From: Nitrincola sp.
GTDB taxonomy: Bacteria > Pseudomonadota > Gammaproteobacteria > Pseudomonadales > Balneatricaceae
DNA length: 39,141 nucleotides
Direction: 5' to 3'
Assembly: GCA_007125745.1 (NCBI GenBank)
Contig: SLCQ01000034.1
Coordinates: 1 to 39,141, forward strand
Shown: positions 10,870 to 21,769 of the stretch, one piece after another
How positions within the stretch are numbered: position 1 is the first letter of the stretch
Layout: every line of letters begins with the position of its first letter
The notes under the pieces: generated by a model
Database searches by the model: none
What the model saw: the letters and a program-made list of their open reading frames with translations, nothing else
Told to the model about the DNA's origin: nothing
Program-made: the position numbers and the translations under genes

Positions 10870-13701
10870 TTAACCGTTAATAGCTTCGTTAACCAGCTTT
10901 TCTTGCTGTTCAACGTGCACAGAGATATATCCAACCGCTGGCGCTGCTGCGTGGGGACGCCCGACTCCTTCAAGGGAAAGTTTCGGATTATGCTTCTCCA
11001 ACACATGACGCATATGGTGCTGACTGCAGTACCAAGCGCCTTGATTCATCGGCTCTTCTTGACACCAAACCACTGATTTCAAATTAGTGTATTCGGCAAT
11101 TGCTTCTCCCAGAATCGTTTCGGGGAAAGGATAGAGCTGTTCGATACGCAGGATCGCTACATCTTTTTTGTCTAATTCTGCACGACGATTGTATAGGTCG
11201 TAGTATACCTTGCCACTACACAGCACCAGACGTTTGACCTTTTTAGGATCTAGCTTATCCACTTCAGGAATCACTGGCTGGAAGGTACCTTCGGCCAAAT
11301 CTTCAAGCGCACATACGGCTTGCTTGTGTCGCAGAAGTGATTTCGGTGTCATCACAACAAGCGGCTTACGCAGTGGTCGAGTGACCTGTCGACGAAGCAG
11401 GTGGAAGATCTGTGAAGGTGTTGTTGGCACGGCAACCTGGATATTGTGTTCAGCACAGAGTTGTAAGAATCGCTCTAATCGAGCTGACGAATGCTCAGGC
11501 CCTTGACCCTCAAAGCCATGAGGTAGCAACATGGTTAATCCACACAAACGACCCCATTTATGCTCACCACTGGTAATGAATTGATCAATAACCACTTGAG
11601 CACCGTTGGCAAAGTCACCAAACTGAGCTTCCCAAATCACCATACTGTTAGGCATAGTGGTCGCATAGCCATATTCAAACGCCAACACGGCTTCTTCTGA
11701 TAAGAAAGAGTCATAGATATCGAAGTTTGGCTGATTTTCATCTAAATGTTGCAATGGAGTATAGGTACTAGCATCCTTCTGGTTATGTACCACCGCATGG
11801 CGGTGAGAGAAAGTACCTCGACCGACGTCTTGCCCTGTTAAGCGAACTTGATGGCCTTCAGCCAACATCGTTGCGTAAGCCAGTGTTTCTGCAAAACCCC
11901 AGTTAATTTCCATTGCACCAGCGGCCATACGAACACGATCATCGTAGATCTTTTGCACTTGACGCTGAATCGGGAAGCCTTCAGGGAAGCGACACATTTT
12001 CTGCCCCAACTCCTGAAGCAGTTTAATGTCGACGCGAGTGTCAGCCTCAAAGCTCCACAGGTGACCTAGGTATGGTTTCCAATCGACAAACATTTCGGTA
12101 TTGGGTTCCATGACCAAAGATTTAGCAACATGCTCACCGTTTTCGAGGGCTTTACGATAGTCTTTTTCCATCTCCTTGCTTTCTTCAACTGAGATAACAG
12201 ATTCATTGACTAAGCGCTGAGCATATAGATCACGTGTTGTTTTTTGCACTTTGATCTGATTATACATGAGAGGCTGAGTGCCCGAAGGTTCATCTGCTTC
12301 ATTATGGCCACGACGACGGTAACAGACCAGATCGATCACGACATCTTTGTTAAACTCATTGCGGTAATCAAGCGCTAATTGCGTGACAAAACGCACCGCT
12401 TCTGGGTCATCACCATTAACATGCAAGATCGGTGCTTGAACCATTTTCGCCACATCTGTGCAATATTCGGATGAACGCGCATCTTCTTTCTTAGACGTGG
12501 TAAAACCAACCTGGTTGTTAATCACAATATGGATGGTGCCACCTGTCTTGTAAGCACGGGTTTGTGACATCTGGAAAGTTTCCATGACCACACCCTGACC
12601 TGCAAAGGCAGCATCACCATGAATTGAAACAGGGATAACAGAGTTGCCCACAAGGTCTTCACGACGGTCTTGACGCGCACGAACAGAACCTTCAACCACC
12701 GGAGACACGATCTCAAGGTGAGATGGGTTGAAGGCCATCGCCAAATGAACTTCACCGCCAGGTGTCATGATGTTCGAAGAGAAGCCTTGGTGATATTTTA
12801 CGTCACCGGAAGTTTCGAGGGTCTTCTTACCTTCGAACTCACCAAACAGGTCAGATGGGTTTTTACCAAAGATATTCACCAGAACGTTCAAACGTCCACG
12901 GTGGGCCATACCGATAACCACCTCTTTGGCACCATCTTTACCCGCACGCTGAATGAGCTCATCTAAACACGGGATCAGGGACTCACCACCTTCAACACCA
13001 AAGCGTTTAGCACCGGCGTAGCGTGAGCCGAGATATTTTTCTAAGCCTTCTGCAGCAGTTAAGCGCTCCAGAATATGAATGCGGGTTTCCGGATCCAATA
13101 CAGGGTCACAACGGACTGGCTCCATTCGCGACTGAATCCAGCGCTTTTCCTGAGTATCGACGATGTGCATATACTCAGCACCCACCGATGAACAGTAGGT
13201 TTTTTTCAAATCTTCAACGATGGTTTTTAGAGGGGCTTCTTCTGTTCCAAAGAACAATGAACCCAACTGAAAACTCGTATCGTAATCAGCTTCAGAGAGT
13301 TCATGAAATCGCAAATCAAGATCGGGAACAGGTGGACGCTCTAGCAAATTTAATGGATCAATTTTGGCGACCTGATGACCACGAACACGGTATGCGTTGA
13401 TCATACGCAGTACGCGAACTTGTTTTTTCTCATGCTCAGAACTCACACTAGCACCCGCTGCTGGCCCAGCTTTACGCTGACATTTAGCTAGCAGTTGAAA
13501 ATGATCACGAATGGGGGTGTGAGGAATGTCTTGAGTGAGGTTATCGCCTGTTTTAGGCAAGCGATCAAATTCTTCTCGCCACTCCTGCGGAACGGCATTG
13601 GGGTCAAAAAGGTAGGCTTCGTATAGTTGTTCTACATATGAAAGATTACCACCATATAGGTGTGCATTCTTCCACATCAGCTCCATCATGCTGTCTTGCA
13701 T
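10870..13701 (-). CDS. sucA: 2-oxoglutarate dehydrogenase E1
   Basis: Start set at ATG 13701 ([10 protein letters not shown], 943 aa; AGGGTG RBS); [25 protein letters not shown]...NNQ ThDP motif, [16 protein letters not shown]. Confidence 0.99.
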   Translation of the reverse strand: MQDSMMELMWKNAHLYGGNLSYVEQLYEAYLFDPNAVPQEWREEFDRLPKTGDNLTQDIPHTPIRDHFQLLAKCQRKAGPAAGASVSSEHEKKQVRVLRMINAYRVRGHQVAKIDPLNLLERPPVPDLDLRFHELSEADYDTSFQLGSLFFGTEEAPLKTIVEDLKKTYCSSVGAEYMHIVDTQEKRWIQSRMEPVRCDPVLDPETRIHILERLTAAEGLEKYLGSRYAGAKRFGVEGGESLIPCLDELIQRAGKDGAKEVVIGMAHRGRLNVLVNIFGKNPSDLFGEFEGKKTLETSGDVKYHQGFSSNIMTPGGEVHLAMAFNPSHLEIVSPVVEGSVRARQDRREDLVGNSVIPVSIHGDAAFAGQGVVMETFQMSQTRAYKTGGTIHIVINNQVGFTTSKKEDARSSEYCTDVAKMVQAPILHVNGDDPEAVRFVTQLALDYRNEFNKDVVIDLVCYRRRGHNEADEPSGTQPLMYNQIKVQKTTRDLYAQRLVNESVISVEESKEMEKDYRKALENGEHVAKSLVMEPNTEMFVDWKPYLGHLWSFEADTRVDIKLLQELGQKMCRFPEGFPIQRQVQKIYDDRVRMAAGAMEINWGFAETLAYATMLAEGHQVRLTGQDVGRGTFSHRHAVVHNQKDASTYTPLQHLDENQPNFDIYDSFLSEEAVLAFEYGYATTMPNSMVIWEAQFGDFANGAQVVIDQFITSGEHKWGRLCGLTMLLPHGFEGQGPEHSSARLERFLQLCAEHNIQVAVPTTPSQIFHLLRRQVTRPLRKPLVVMTPKSLLRHKQAVCALEDLAEGTFQPVIPEVDKLDPKKVKRLVLCSGKVYYDLYNRRAELDKKDVAILRIEQLYPFPETILGEAIAEYTNLKSVVWCQEEPMNQGAWYCSQHHMRHVLEKHNPKLSLEGVGRPHAAAPAVGYISVHVEQQEKLVNEAING

Positions 13702-13969
13702 TATTATTTCACCCTGAGTCTGAGGTAAGCTGTTTGACAAGGCTGCACCACTCCTTGCCAGCTTTTCGGCTTCCTCTTAGCTGATTACCGTTAAGGATGC
13801 CAAGTGATTAAGCTTGAGGCATTCGTATTATTTTACGACTTTTCTTTCTCGCTTAACACCGTTCATCAGTACTGATTCTACAGAAAATAATGGCAACGGG
13901 TAACATAGACCTTATGGGAAGATAGAGTTGTTTTAAGCAACTTTATTGAATAAACATATAACCAAAACG

Positions 13970-13996
13970 AAAAAGGCGCCATTAGGCGCCTTTTTT
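13970..13996 (-). terminator. Rho-independent terminator after sdhB
   Basis: AAAAAGGCGCC-atta-GGCGCCTTTTTT, 14 nt past the sdhB stop; separates the sdh and suc transcription units. Confidence 0.88.
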
Positions 13997-14010
13997 GCAG
14001 GAATATTTAC

Positions 14011-14715
14011 TTAAGTAGCACGCTGTAACAGCATGTTACGAATTTTTCCGATCGCTTTAGTCGGATTCAAACCTTTCGGACACACATTGACACAGTTCAT
14101 AATACCGTGGCAACGGAATACACTGAACGGGTCATCTAACTCAGATAAGCGCTCATCACGCGCTGTATCACGCGTATCCGCAAGGAAGCGATATGCCTGT
14201 AGCAGTCCTGATGGACCAATAAACTTATCAGGGTTCCACCAGAAAGATGGGCAAGCCGTTGAACAGCACGCACAAAGAATACACTCATACAAGCCATCCA
14301 GCTCTGCACGATCTTCAGGCGTCTGAAGACGTTCAATCGCCGGCGGTGGTGTGTCATTGATTAAGAAAGGCTTCACCTTCTCGTATTGCTTGTAGAACTG
14401 AGTCATATCTACAACCAAATCACGAATCACCGGTAAACCAGGAAGAGGACGAAGCACTAGCTTATCTTTTTCCACGACTTGTGATAGCGCTGTAATACAG
14501 GCTAAGCCATTCTTACCATTCATATTCATACCGTCTGAGCCGCAAACACCTTCACGGCATGAACGACGGAATGTCATGGATGGATCTTTTTCTTTAAGTA
14601 ACTGGAGCAGGTCCAGTACCATGATGTCTTTACCGCCAGGAATATCAATATGGATATCCTGCATGTAGGGGGCATCATCAGTTTCAGGGTTGTATCTGTA
14701 TACACTTACCAGCAT
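14011..14715 (-). CDS. sdhB: succinate dehydrogenase iron-sulfur subunit
   Basis: SCREGVCGSD, CILCACCSTACP and CHGIMNCVNVCP Fe-S motifs. Confidence 0.99.
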   Translation of the reverse strand: MLVSVYRYNPETDDAPYMQDIHIDIPGGKDIMVLDLLQLLKEKDPSMTFRRSCREGVCGSDGMNMNGKNGLACITALSQVVEKDKLVLRPLPGLPVIRDLVVDMTQFYKQYEKVKPFLINDTPPPAIERLQTPEDRAELDGLYECILCACCSTACPSFWWNPDKFIGPSGLLQAYRFLADTRDTARDERLSELDDPFSVFRCHGIMNCVNVCPKGLNPTKAIGKIRNMLLQRAT

Positions 14716-14727
14716 ATCATCAGCCTC

Positions 14728-16500
14728 TTAGTAAGTTCTGATCTTGGGCGGGAATGCGTCTACGGTTTTAGGCGCAAAATTTACCGCACGTTTACCTATA
14801 CGCTTATCCGCTGGGTAATAGATCGAATGGCACAGCCAATTTTCATCATCACGCTCAGTGAAATCGTTACGCGCATGGGCACCGCGAGATTCTTTACGCT
14901 CTACCGCAGCAACTGCAGTCGCCTCAGCAACTTCTAACAAGTTTTCAAGCTCCAAGGCTTCAATACGTGACGTATTGAAAGACTGACTCTTATCTTCAAG
15001 GTGAAGATTTTCAACTTTCTTACGTATTTCACCTAGTAACTGCAACCCTTTATCCATTGCATCCCCATCACGGAACACACCGAAATAAAGCTGCATGGTG
15101 CTCTGCAACTCTTTACGCACATCAGCGATTTTTTCACCGCCGGTGCTGTTATTGATACGATTCAAGCGCACCATAGCAGCTTCAATGTCTGCATCGGTTG
15201 CATCTTTCACTTCGTAACCTTCACGCATTTGCTCTTCGATCTGCATACCCGCTGCACGACCAAATACAACCAAGTCAAGCAAAGAGTTACCACCCAAACG
15301 GTTTGCACCATGCACAGATACGCAGGCCACTTCACCACAGGCAAACAAGCCATCAACAATCTTGTCATTACCCTCAGCGTCAGGGCAGATCACTTGACCA
15401 CCAATGTTGGTTGGCAAGCCACCCATCATGTAGTGACAGGTTGGTACAACAGGGATCGGCTCTTTTACTGGATCAACAGCTGCGAATGTTTTGGACAATT
15501 CACAGATACCTGGCAAGCGAGAATGCAGAACTTCTTCACCTAGATGATCAAGTTTTAGCAATACGTGATCGCCATCTGGGCCACAGCCACGACCTTCCAG
15601 AATTTCCAGAATCATCGAACGAGCGACAACGTCACGACCTGCCAAGTCTTTAGCATTCGGCGCATAACGCTCCATAAAGCGCTCACCATCTTTATTAATA
15701 AGATAGCCACCCTCACCACGGCAACCTTCTGTTACCAGAGTACCTGCACCATGGATACCCGTTGGGTGAAATTGCCACATTTCCATATCTTGCGCCGCAT
15801 AACCGGCACGCAATGCCATACCCATACCATCACCTGTATTGATCAAGGCGTTGGTTGTGGATGCATAAATACGGCCTGCACCACCTGTCGCAAGAACAGT
15901 CGCTTTTGCTTTGATGTAGACGGTTTCACCTGTTTCAATACAGATAGCAATACACCCAACAACGGCATCGTCTGCGTTTTTCACCAGGTCAACGGCATAC
16001 CACTCATTTAGGAAAGTGGTTCCTGCTTTCATGTTCGCCTGATAAAGCGTATGGAGCAACGCATGACCTGTACGGTCGGCAGCTGCACAGGTACGCGCTG
16101 CCTGAGTAGGATTATCGGGACCCTTTGACTGCCCACCAAATGGACGCTGATAGATACGACCCACCTCAGTACGAGAGAAAGGTAGACCCATGTGGTCTAG
16201 CTCAAATACTGCCTGAGGCCCGACTGAACACATGTATTCGATTGCATCTTGGTCACCGATATAATCAGATCCCTTGACCGTATCATACATATGCCAGCGC
16301 CAATCATCGTTTGGATCCGCACTCGCGATAGCACAGGTAATACCACCCTGAGCTGACACAGTGTGAGAACGCGTTGGAAACACTTTAGTGACACAGGCTG
16401 TGTTAAGACCAGACTGCGCTAACTGAAGCGAAGCACGCATGCCCGCACCGCCACCACCGACAACGATGGCATCAAAGGTTAATGTACGAAGCTTTGTCAT
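14728..16500 (-). CDS. sdhA: succinate dehydrogenase flavoprotein
   Basis: [16 protein letters not shown] (FAD-His), [23 protein letters not shown]. Confidence 0.99.
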   Translation of the reverse strand: MTKLRTLTFDAIVVGGGGAGMRASLQLAQSGLNTACVTKVFPTRSHTVSAQGGITCAIASADPNDDWRWHMYDTVKGSDYIGDQDAIEYMCSVGPQAVFELDHMGLPFSRTEVGRIYQRPFGGQSKGPDNPTQAARTCAAADRTGHALLHTLYQANMKAGTTFLNEWYAVDLVKNADDAVVGCIAICIETGETVYIKAKATVLATGGAGRIYASTTNALINTGDGMGMALRAGYAAQDMEMWQFHPTGIHGAGTLVTEGCRGEGGYLINKDGERFMERYAPNAKDLAGRDVVARSMILEILEGRGCGPDGDHVLLKLDHLGEEVLHSRLPGICELSKTFAAVDPVKEPIPVVPTCHYMMGGLPTNIGGQVICPDAEGNDKIVDGLFACGEVACVSVHGANRLGGNSLLDLVVFGRAAGMQIEEQMREGYEVKDATDADIEAAMVRLNRINNSTGGEKIADVRKELQSTMQLYFGVFRDGDAMDKGLQLLGEIRKKVENLHLEDKSQSFNTSRIEALELENLLEVAEATAVAAVERKESRGAHARNDFTERDDENWLCHSIYYPADKRIGKRAVNFAPKTVDAFPPKIRTY

Positions 16501-16503
16501 CTT

Positions 16504-16851
16504 TTAAACACCCCACAAAATCTGAATGCCCCACACGACGTAAATAAACGCCAGCAGACCACATACGGATTGAAATGCAAAACGGATGCTGGTCTTTTTA
16601 ATGTAGTCAGTCGATACCGACCACAGACCGATCCATGCATGTGCTACCAATGACAAAATTGCCAATAGGGTAAAGATGCGCATTGCAGTATTTTGAAAAA
16701 GGGATGACCAAGAGGCATAACTCAGGTCTGAACTGAACAGCAAATAGCCGATCATGAAAAGAGTATAAGCCATAAGGACAACAGCGGTGACACGCTGCAT
16801 CATCCAGTCATAAAGACCACTACGGCCAAAACTTGTAATACTTGTTACCAT
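16504..16851 (-). CDS. sdhD: succinate dehydrogenase hydrophobic anchor subunit
   Basis: MVTSITSFGRSGLYDW..QR, HAWIG, TDY; start ATG 16851 overlaps the sdhC stop, the usual arrangement. Confidence 0.96.
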   Translation of the reverse strand: MVTSITSFGRSGLYDWMMQRVTAVVLMAYTLFMIGYLLFSSDLSYASWSSLFQNTAMRIFTLLAILSLVAHAWIGLWSVSTDYIKKTSIRFAFQSVCGLLAFIYVVWGIQILWGV

Positions 16852-17222
16852 ATCCATACTCCTGCCAGAAGGACAAGAACAACACCCGCAATCAGCGTTA
16901 CTTTGGCTGCCAAAGTACCTGACTCCAACTCTTCACAGTAGCCAAAATCCATAATTAGATGCTTGACCCCTGCGACCATATGGTACAGAAGTGCTGAAAC
17001 AAATCCCCATGCGATGAGTTTTGCCAGGAAGCTATCCCGGAGAAGTTCAGCCGCAGCGTTAAAGCCAGACTGAGATTCTAATGACAATCCCAATAAGTAC
17101 ATGGCGAAGATGGCACCAAAGAACAGTGCTACACCTGTGACACGATGTAAAATTGAGGTGACTGCCGTTAACGGCAGCTTGATGGTTTGTATATCTAGGT
17201 TTACAGGTCGTTTTTTGTTCAC
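16845..17222 (-). CDS. sdhC: succinate dehydrogenase cytochrome b556 subunit
   Basis: GTG start; RPVNLD, SILHRVTG, YHxxAGxKHLIMD. Confidence 0.97.
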   Translation of the reverse strand: MNKKRPVNLDIQTIKLPLTAVTSILHRVTGVALFFGAIFAMYLLGLSLESQSGFNAAAELLRDSFLAKLIAWGFVSALLYHMVAGVKHLIMDFGYCEELESGTLAAKVTLIAGVVLVLLAGVWIW

Positions 17223-17358
17223 GGCTCTAGTTCACACTTTTGAGTCCCTTTGCAGGACGGGTTGCTGGAAGTGCTTAGAAGCAGTAGTTCGAATTTGCCG
17301 AACCGGCATTGCACATTTGTGCCATTGCACAACTGTACAATGTCAACTCAGGGCTCGA

Positions 17359-17387
17359 AGTATAGACAGTTACGTCATCGAATACAA
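17359..17387 (-). promoter_or_regulatory. putative sigma-70 promoter of sdhCDAB
   Basis: Minus strand TTGTAT-N17-TATACT; implies a leader of about 130 nt. Confidence 0.6.
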
Positions 17388-17537
17388 CGCGACTTGACGC
17401 CTGTACAACAATGGTCTAACACCCTGTTTGCGCATTTAAATGTCGGCAATAGATATTCGAGCGGCTATGCGATTTTAGATCACTCTGCTATCTTAAGTGT
17501 TGACATGTTGCATTGCGACATTCGTCTTTAGGTTGAA

Positions 17538-17565
17538 TTGACAAACCCTCCTCAACCTCTATAGT
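17538..17565 (+). promoter_or_regulatory. sigma-70 promoter of gltA
   Basis: TTGACA-N16-TATAGT, 90 nt upstream of the gltA ATG. Confidence 0.75.
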
Positions 17566-17655
17566 TGTCGAGTTCTCATTCAGGTAGTACCTGACAATCT
17601 AATCAAATGACCAAGATAAGTCATTGTAATTATAACCGAATGATAGGAGCCACCT

Positions 17656-18930
17656 ATGGCTGACAAGAAAGCACGTTTGACGGTCGACGGCCTGGACGAA
17701 GTGATTGAACTCCCTGTGTATTCAGGAACTGAAGGTCCAGATGTTATTGATGTCCGTCCGCTGACTGGAAAAGGTCTTTTTACCTATGACCCCGGCTTTG
17801 TGTCCACGGCTGCCTGTGAATCACAAATCACCTATATCGATGGTGATAAAGGGATTCTATTGCATCGTGGTTACCCGATTGATCAACTGGCTGAACAATC
17901 GGATTATCTCGAAGTCTGTTACTTGCTGCTAAACGGCGAACTTCCTAACGCCGAAGAAAAGAAAAGGTTTGTGAACACCATCAGCAATCACACCATGGTG
18001 CATGAACAACTGATCTCCTTTTACAAAGGGTTTCGCCGCGATGCTCACCCAATGGCGATTATGTGTGGTGTTGTGGGCGCTCTGTCAGCGTTCTACCACG
18101 ACTCTTTAGATATCAATAATGCTAACCACCGTGAAGTGTGTGCATATCGATTAATTGCTAAAATGCCAACACTAGCAGCCATGTGCTACAAGTACTCTAT
18201 CGGCCAGCCATTTATGTTTCCACGGAATGACAAAGGCTATGCTGAAAACTTCTTGCGCATGATGTTCTCTACGCCTTGCGCTGAATATGAAGTGAGTCCT
18301 GTTCTTGTTCGCGCAATGGATCGCATCTTTACATTGCATGCTGACCATGAGCAAAACGCATCGACTTCTACAGTGCGTCTGGCTGGCTCATCGGGTGCTA
18401 ACCCATTTGCGTGTATTGCAGCGGGTATTGCAGCCCTTTGGGGACCCGCTCACGGAGGTGCCAATGAAGCGGTATTGACCATGCTTAATGAGATAGGCGA
18501 TGAAGCGAACATCCCTGAATTTATTAAGCGTGCAAAAGATCCGGAAGATCCATTCCGCTTGATGGGCTTCGGTCACCGCGTATATCGCAATTTTGATCCA
18601 CGCTCACGCGTGATGAAAAAGACCTGTGACGAAGTGTTAGCAGAACTCAATATTGATGATCCGTTACTCAGAATTGCCACTCGCTTGGAAGAAATTGCAC
18701 TCGAAGACCCGTACTTTGTTGAGCGCAAGTTGTATCCTAACGTTGACTTCTATTCCGGTATCATCTTGAAAGCTATGGGCATACCCACCAGTATGTTTAC
18801 CGTTATCTTTGCCATGTCACGCACCATTGGCTGGATTTCTCACTGGAATGAGTTCCACTCCAGTCCAAACCGTATTGGTCGCCCACGTCAGTTGTATACC
18901 GGTGCCAAAAAGCGCGACTATCCAGGCTAA
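17656..18930 (+). CDS. gltA: type II citrate synthase
   Basis: [42 protein letters not shown]; AGGAG RBS. Confidence 0.99.
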   Translation: MADKKARLTVDGLDEVIELPVYSGTEGPDVIDVRPLTGKGLFTYDPGFVSTAACESQITYIDGDKGILLHRGYPIDQLAEQSDYLEVCYLLLNGELPNAEEKKRFVNTISNHTMVHEQLISFYKGFRRDAHPMAIMCGVVGALSAFYHDSLDINNANHREVCAYRLIAKMPTLAAMCYKYSIGQPFMFPRNDKGYAENFLRMMFSTPCAEYEVSPVLVRAMDRIFTLHADHEQNASTSTVRLAGSSGANPFACIAAGIAALWGPAHGGANEAVLTMLNEIGDEANIPEFIKRAKDPEDPFRLMGFGHRVYRNFDPRSRVMKKTCDEVLAELNIDDPLLRIATRLEEIALEDPYFVERKLYPNVDFYSGIILKAMGIPTSMFTVIFAMSRTIGWISHWNEFHSSPNRIGRPRQLYTGAKKRDYPG

Positions 18931-18956
18931 TCGGCACTAATAGTACTTGGATAGCC

Positions 18957-18982
18957 AAAAAAGCCCGCTTAGCGGGCTTTTT
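18957..18982. terminator. bidirectional Rho-independent terminator between gltA and rlmKL
   Basis: AAAAAAGCCCGC-tta-GCGGGCTTTTT between two convergent stop codons. Confidence 0.88.
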
Positions 18983-18986
18983 GTTG

Positions 18987-21143
18987 TTAGGCGTGGCGTA
19001 TTTCAAAGCAACAGTGAATTTTACTGTTGCGTTTGAAATCAGGATCAAGTGATGCTTGAGTAACATCCTTTATGACAAAGCTTGCTAACGCATCATAATC
19101 CATCTTAAAACGACGATAGTTGTTTGAAAATATCAGCACACCATCAGACCTAAGTAAGCGCATCGCGTCTTCGATTAGGGCAACATGATCACGCTGAACA
19201 TCTAAGACACCTTCCATACGTTTTGAGTTTGAGAAAGTGGGTGGATCCATAAAGATCAGATCGAATGAAGGCCCATTTTGGCGCTTCAACCACTTCAAAC
19301 AATCCTCTCTGACCAGTTGATGCTTAGATAGCTCCTGTGTATTGAGTTGCAAATTTTGTTTTGCCCAGTCTAAATAGGTTGCCGACATATCAACGCTCAC
19401 TGTACTTTTTGCTCCGCCTACAGCGGCATGAACAGTTGCCGTGGCGGTGTAGCAAAACAGGTTCAACACATCTTTGCCGGCCGATAATGATTGAATTTGA
19501 CGTCTAACAGGCCTGTGATCCAGAAAGAGCCCAGTGTCCAGGTAGTCATGAAGATTAACCTTAAGTCGACACCCGTGCTCATGAACGACCAAGAAACGCC
19601 CTGTGTCGTCATGGCGCTGATATTGCTCACTACCCTGTTGACGCTTGCGTTGCTTTAACACGACTTGATCAGGATGTTTATCTAGTACAACAGCTGTGGC
19701 GGCTACCGCATCAGAGAGCCGATTAAACGCTTTAACGGGGTCAATGCTTCGAGGAGCTTGGTATTCCTGAACCAAAACCTGATCTCCATAAATATCAACT
19801 GCTACAGCAAATTCAGGCATATCTGCATCATAAAGTCGGTAGCACTCAATCGATTCTTGTTTCAACCATTTGCGTAGGCTTTTAAGATTTTTTTGCAATC
19901 TGTTTGCAAACATTTGTGCCGTTTCAGAAAGCACCAGCTTCTGTTCAGAGGATGAAGCCTGAGGGCGCTCTGCAAAGATGTTATAAAGATACAATCGGCT
20001 TTCTAAAGCGCCATTGAAGAGCTGATAGTCCTTATGAGATTTTAACCCCATCGTACGACCTAGTGATCTATCCGATGTTAAAACTGCTGCACTCCAGCCA
20101 TAAAACTCGTCGCGCATCAGTTGGCCAAGCTGTTTATACAGAAACATTAATGGCCCCGCTTCCCCTAAACGCTCACCATATGGAGGATTAGTGACCAGTA
20201 GCCCGGATGTCACACCTTCCGGCCGACGCACTTGGATCATCTCCTTAGCCTCCAATGAAATCCATTGGGTTAATTTGGCTCGACGAACATTATCTTGTGC
20301 GGCCGCAATCACTTGCGCATTATGATCTGAACCCAAGAGCTGTAAATCTGTCATCTGACGCCCTTGGGTTTCACGCGCTTTAGCCTCATCGATCAACTGA
20401 TGCCAAAGCTCACGGTCAAAATCTGGCCAACGCATAAACCCAAAACTATGGCGATACAAACCGGGTGCGATATCAAGACGCATCAAAGCGGCCTCAGTCA
20501 GCAAGGTTGCTGACCCACACATGGGATCGACTAAACAGTTCGCATCACTCGTATGCCAGCCTGCACGCATCAATACGGCGGCGGCTAAGTTCTCTTTCAT
20601 CGGCGCTTCACCCGTCTTGCCACGATAGCCTCGTCGATGCAAACTTTCTCCAGAGAGATCGATAGAAATCGCCACTTGACCGCGTGATATATGTACATTA
20701 ACGCGAAGTTCGGGTTGCTGTTTATCAACTTCAGGTCTTTGTCCAGTGGCAGAGCGTATTTGATCCACAATCGCATCCTTCACTTTCAGTGCGCCGAAGT
20801 GCGTATTGCGTATCTCTTCGGTACGGCCATTAAAATCAACATGAAGCTTACCGGAGGGTCTAAGATAGACTAACCAGTCAATTGACTGAACAGCATCATA
20901 TAATGATTGTGCACTGGAAACGGGCATTTCTGCCAATCTGAGTAATACCCGACTTCCCAGTCGAGACCATAGACAGATACGATATCCTAACGCCTTATCA
21001 CCCTGACAACTCACCCCAGCGACAGTCATACGTACCTGCTCGGCATCTAAAAGCGATAACTCATCCGCAAGCAGTTGCTCCATCCCTTTGGGACAGGTCA
21101 CAAAATAGTTCAGCATTTCTGTGTCCTGAATTTCAGTGGTCAT
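18987..21143 (-). CDS. rlmKL: bifunctional 23S rRNA m2G2445/m7G2069 methyltransferase RlmKL
   Basis: THUMP region, SLHRRGYR, DPMCGS, NPPYGER, YRLYDADMPE, DYLDTGLFLDHR, LNLFCYT, DPPTFSNSK. Start set at ATG 21143 with GAGGT RBS. Confidence 0.97.
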   Translation of the reverse strand: MTTEIQDTEMLNYFVTCPKGMEQLLADELSLLDAEQVRMTVAGVSCQGDKALGYRICLWSRLGSRVLLRLAEMPVSSAQSLYDAVQSIDWLVYLRPSGKLHVDFNGRTEEIRNTHFGALKVKDAIVDQIRSATGQRPEVDKQQPELRVNVHISRGQVAISIDLSGESLHRRGYRGKTGEAPMKENLAAAVLMRAGWHTSDANCLVDPMCGSATLLTEAALMRLDIAPGLYRHSFGFMRWPDFDRELWHQLIDEAKARETQGRQMTDLQLLGSDHNAQVIAAAQDNVRRAKLTQWISLEAKEMIQVRRPEGVTSGLLVTNPPYGERLGEAGPLMFLYKQLGQLMRDEFYGWSAAVLTSDRSLGRTMGLKSHKDYQLFNGALESRLYLYNIFAERPQASSSEQKLVLSETAQMFANRLQKNLKSLRKWLKQESIECYRLYDADMPEFAVAVDIYGDQVLVQEYQAPRSIDPVKAFNRLSDAVAATAVVLDKHPDQVVLKQRKRQQGSEQYQRHDDTGRFLVVHEHGCRLKVNLHDYLDTGLFLDHRPVRRQIQSLSAGKDVLNLFCYTATATVHAAVGGAKSTVSVDMSATYLDWAKQNLQLNTQELSKHQLVREDCLKWLKRQNGPSFDLIFMDPPTFSNSKRMEGVLDVQRDHVALIEDAMRLLRSDGVLIFSNNYRRFKMDYDALASFVIKDVTQASLDPDFKRNSKIHCCFEIRHA

Positions 21144-21313
21144 TTTTACCTCAAACTCTCTCGTGGAATGAAAATATTTCAAGATCAAATCAGATCTTGA
21201 GCTTATGTTGTAAACGCATGATTCACTTCATGATTGTGCAACTGCGCTATGCCTCACGCTATGAAACGTTTGTTACAGTATAGTTAATATCAATAGCCAA
21301 AGCTGTTAATTTC

Positions 21314-21320
21314 CTATACT
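21314..21320 (+). promoter_or_regulatory. candidate RpoS-type -10 element for rmf
   Basis: CTATACT followed by an AT-rich discriminator and no clear -35; rmf is a stationary-phase gene. The assignment is inference. Confidence 0.45.
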
Positions 21321-21449
21321 AATAGTAGGTGTGTTGATTGCCTTATAACACACACGCAACAGGTATTGAGCGTCTGAACTTCTTCACTATGCATTAGTCA
21401 AAATAGATGCTTGAAACCGCGATGACAATTAGAAATTGAGAGGCGCATT

Positions 21450-21656
21450 ATGAGAAAACAGAAACGAGACCGCAGTGCTACTCTGCACAACCGTGGATTT
21501 GTTGCAGGCCTAAACGGCCGATCAAAAGAGGAATGCCCCGTACATACATCAGATCTCCGATCTCACTGGATGAACGGCTGGCGAGAGGGTCGAGAAGCAC
21601 ACTGGAACGGCATGTCTGGCGTTTCTGCTATCCAAGTAAACCCCACCTTAGCGTAA
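21450..21656 (+). CDS. rmf: ribosome modulation factor
   Basis: MRKQKRDR...RGFxAGxxGRSKEECP...WMNGWREG; located between rlmKL and pyrD; GAGAGG RBS. Confidence 0.95.
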   Translation: MRKQKRDRSATLHNRGFVAGLNGRSKEECPVHTSDLRSHWMNGWREGREAHWNGMSGVSAIQVNPTLA

Positions 21657-21720
21657 TTTCTGATCATTCATCTACACAGGTGCAAGTAACATAGGTGTAG
21701 ATATCGAAACTTAGGAGCCA

Positions 21721-21749
21721 AGGTTGCGATGATCACCACATCGCAACCT
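21721..21749. terminator. 11-bp hairpin between convergent rmf and pyrD (terminator-like, lacks U-tract)
   Basis: AGGTTGCGATG-atcacca-CATCGCAACCT. Confidence 0.5.
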
Positions 21750-21769
21750 GCAACAGGTTAATAAAACAC

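Noticed and set aside
17101-17531. ORFs of 93-98 aa in the sdhC-gltA intergenic region as possible leader peptides
   Set aside because: They have no RBS, span both promoters and show no biased composition.
21670-21702. TCTAC...GTGTAGAT resembles a Cas12a repeat stem
   Set aside because: Single copy with a 17-nt loop, no spacers and no cas genes.
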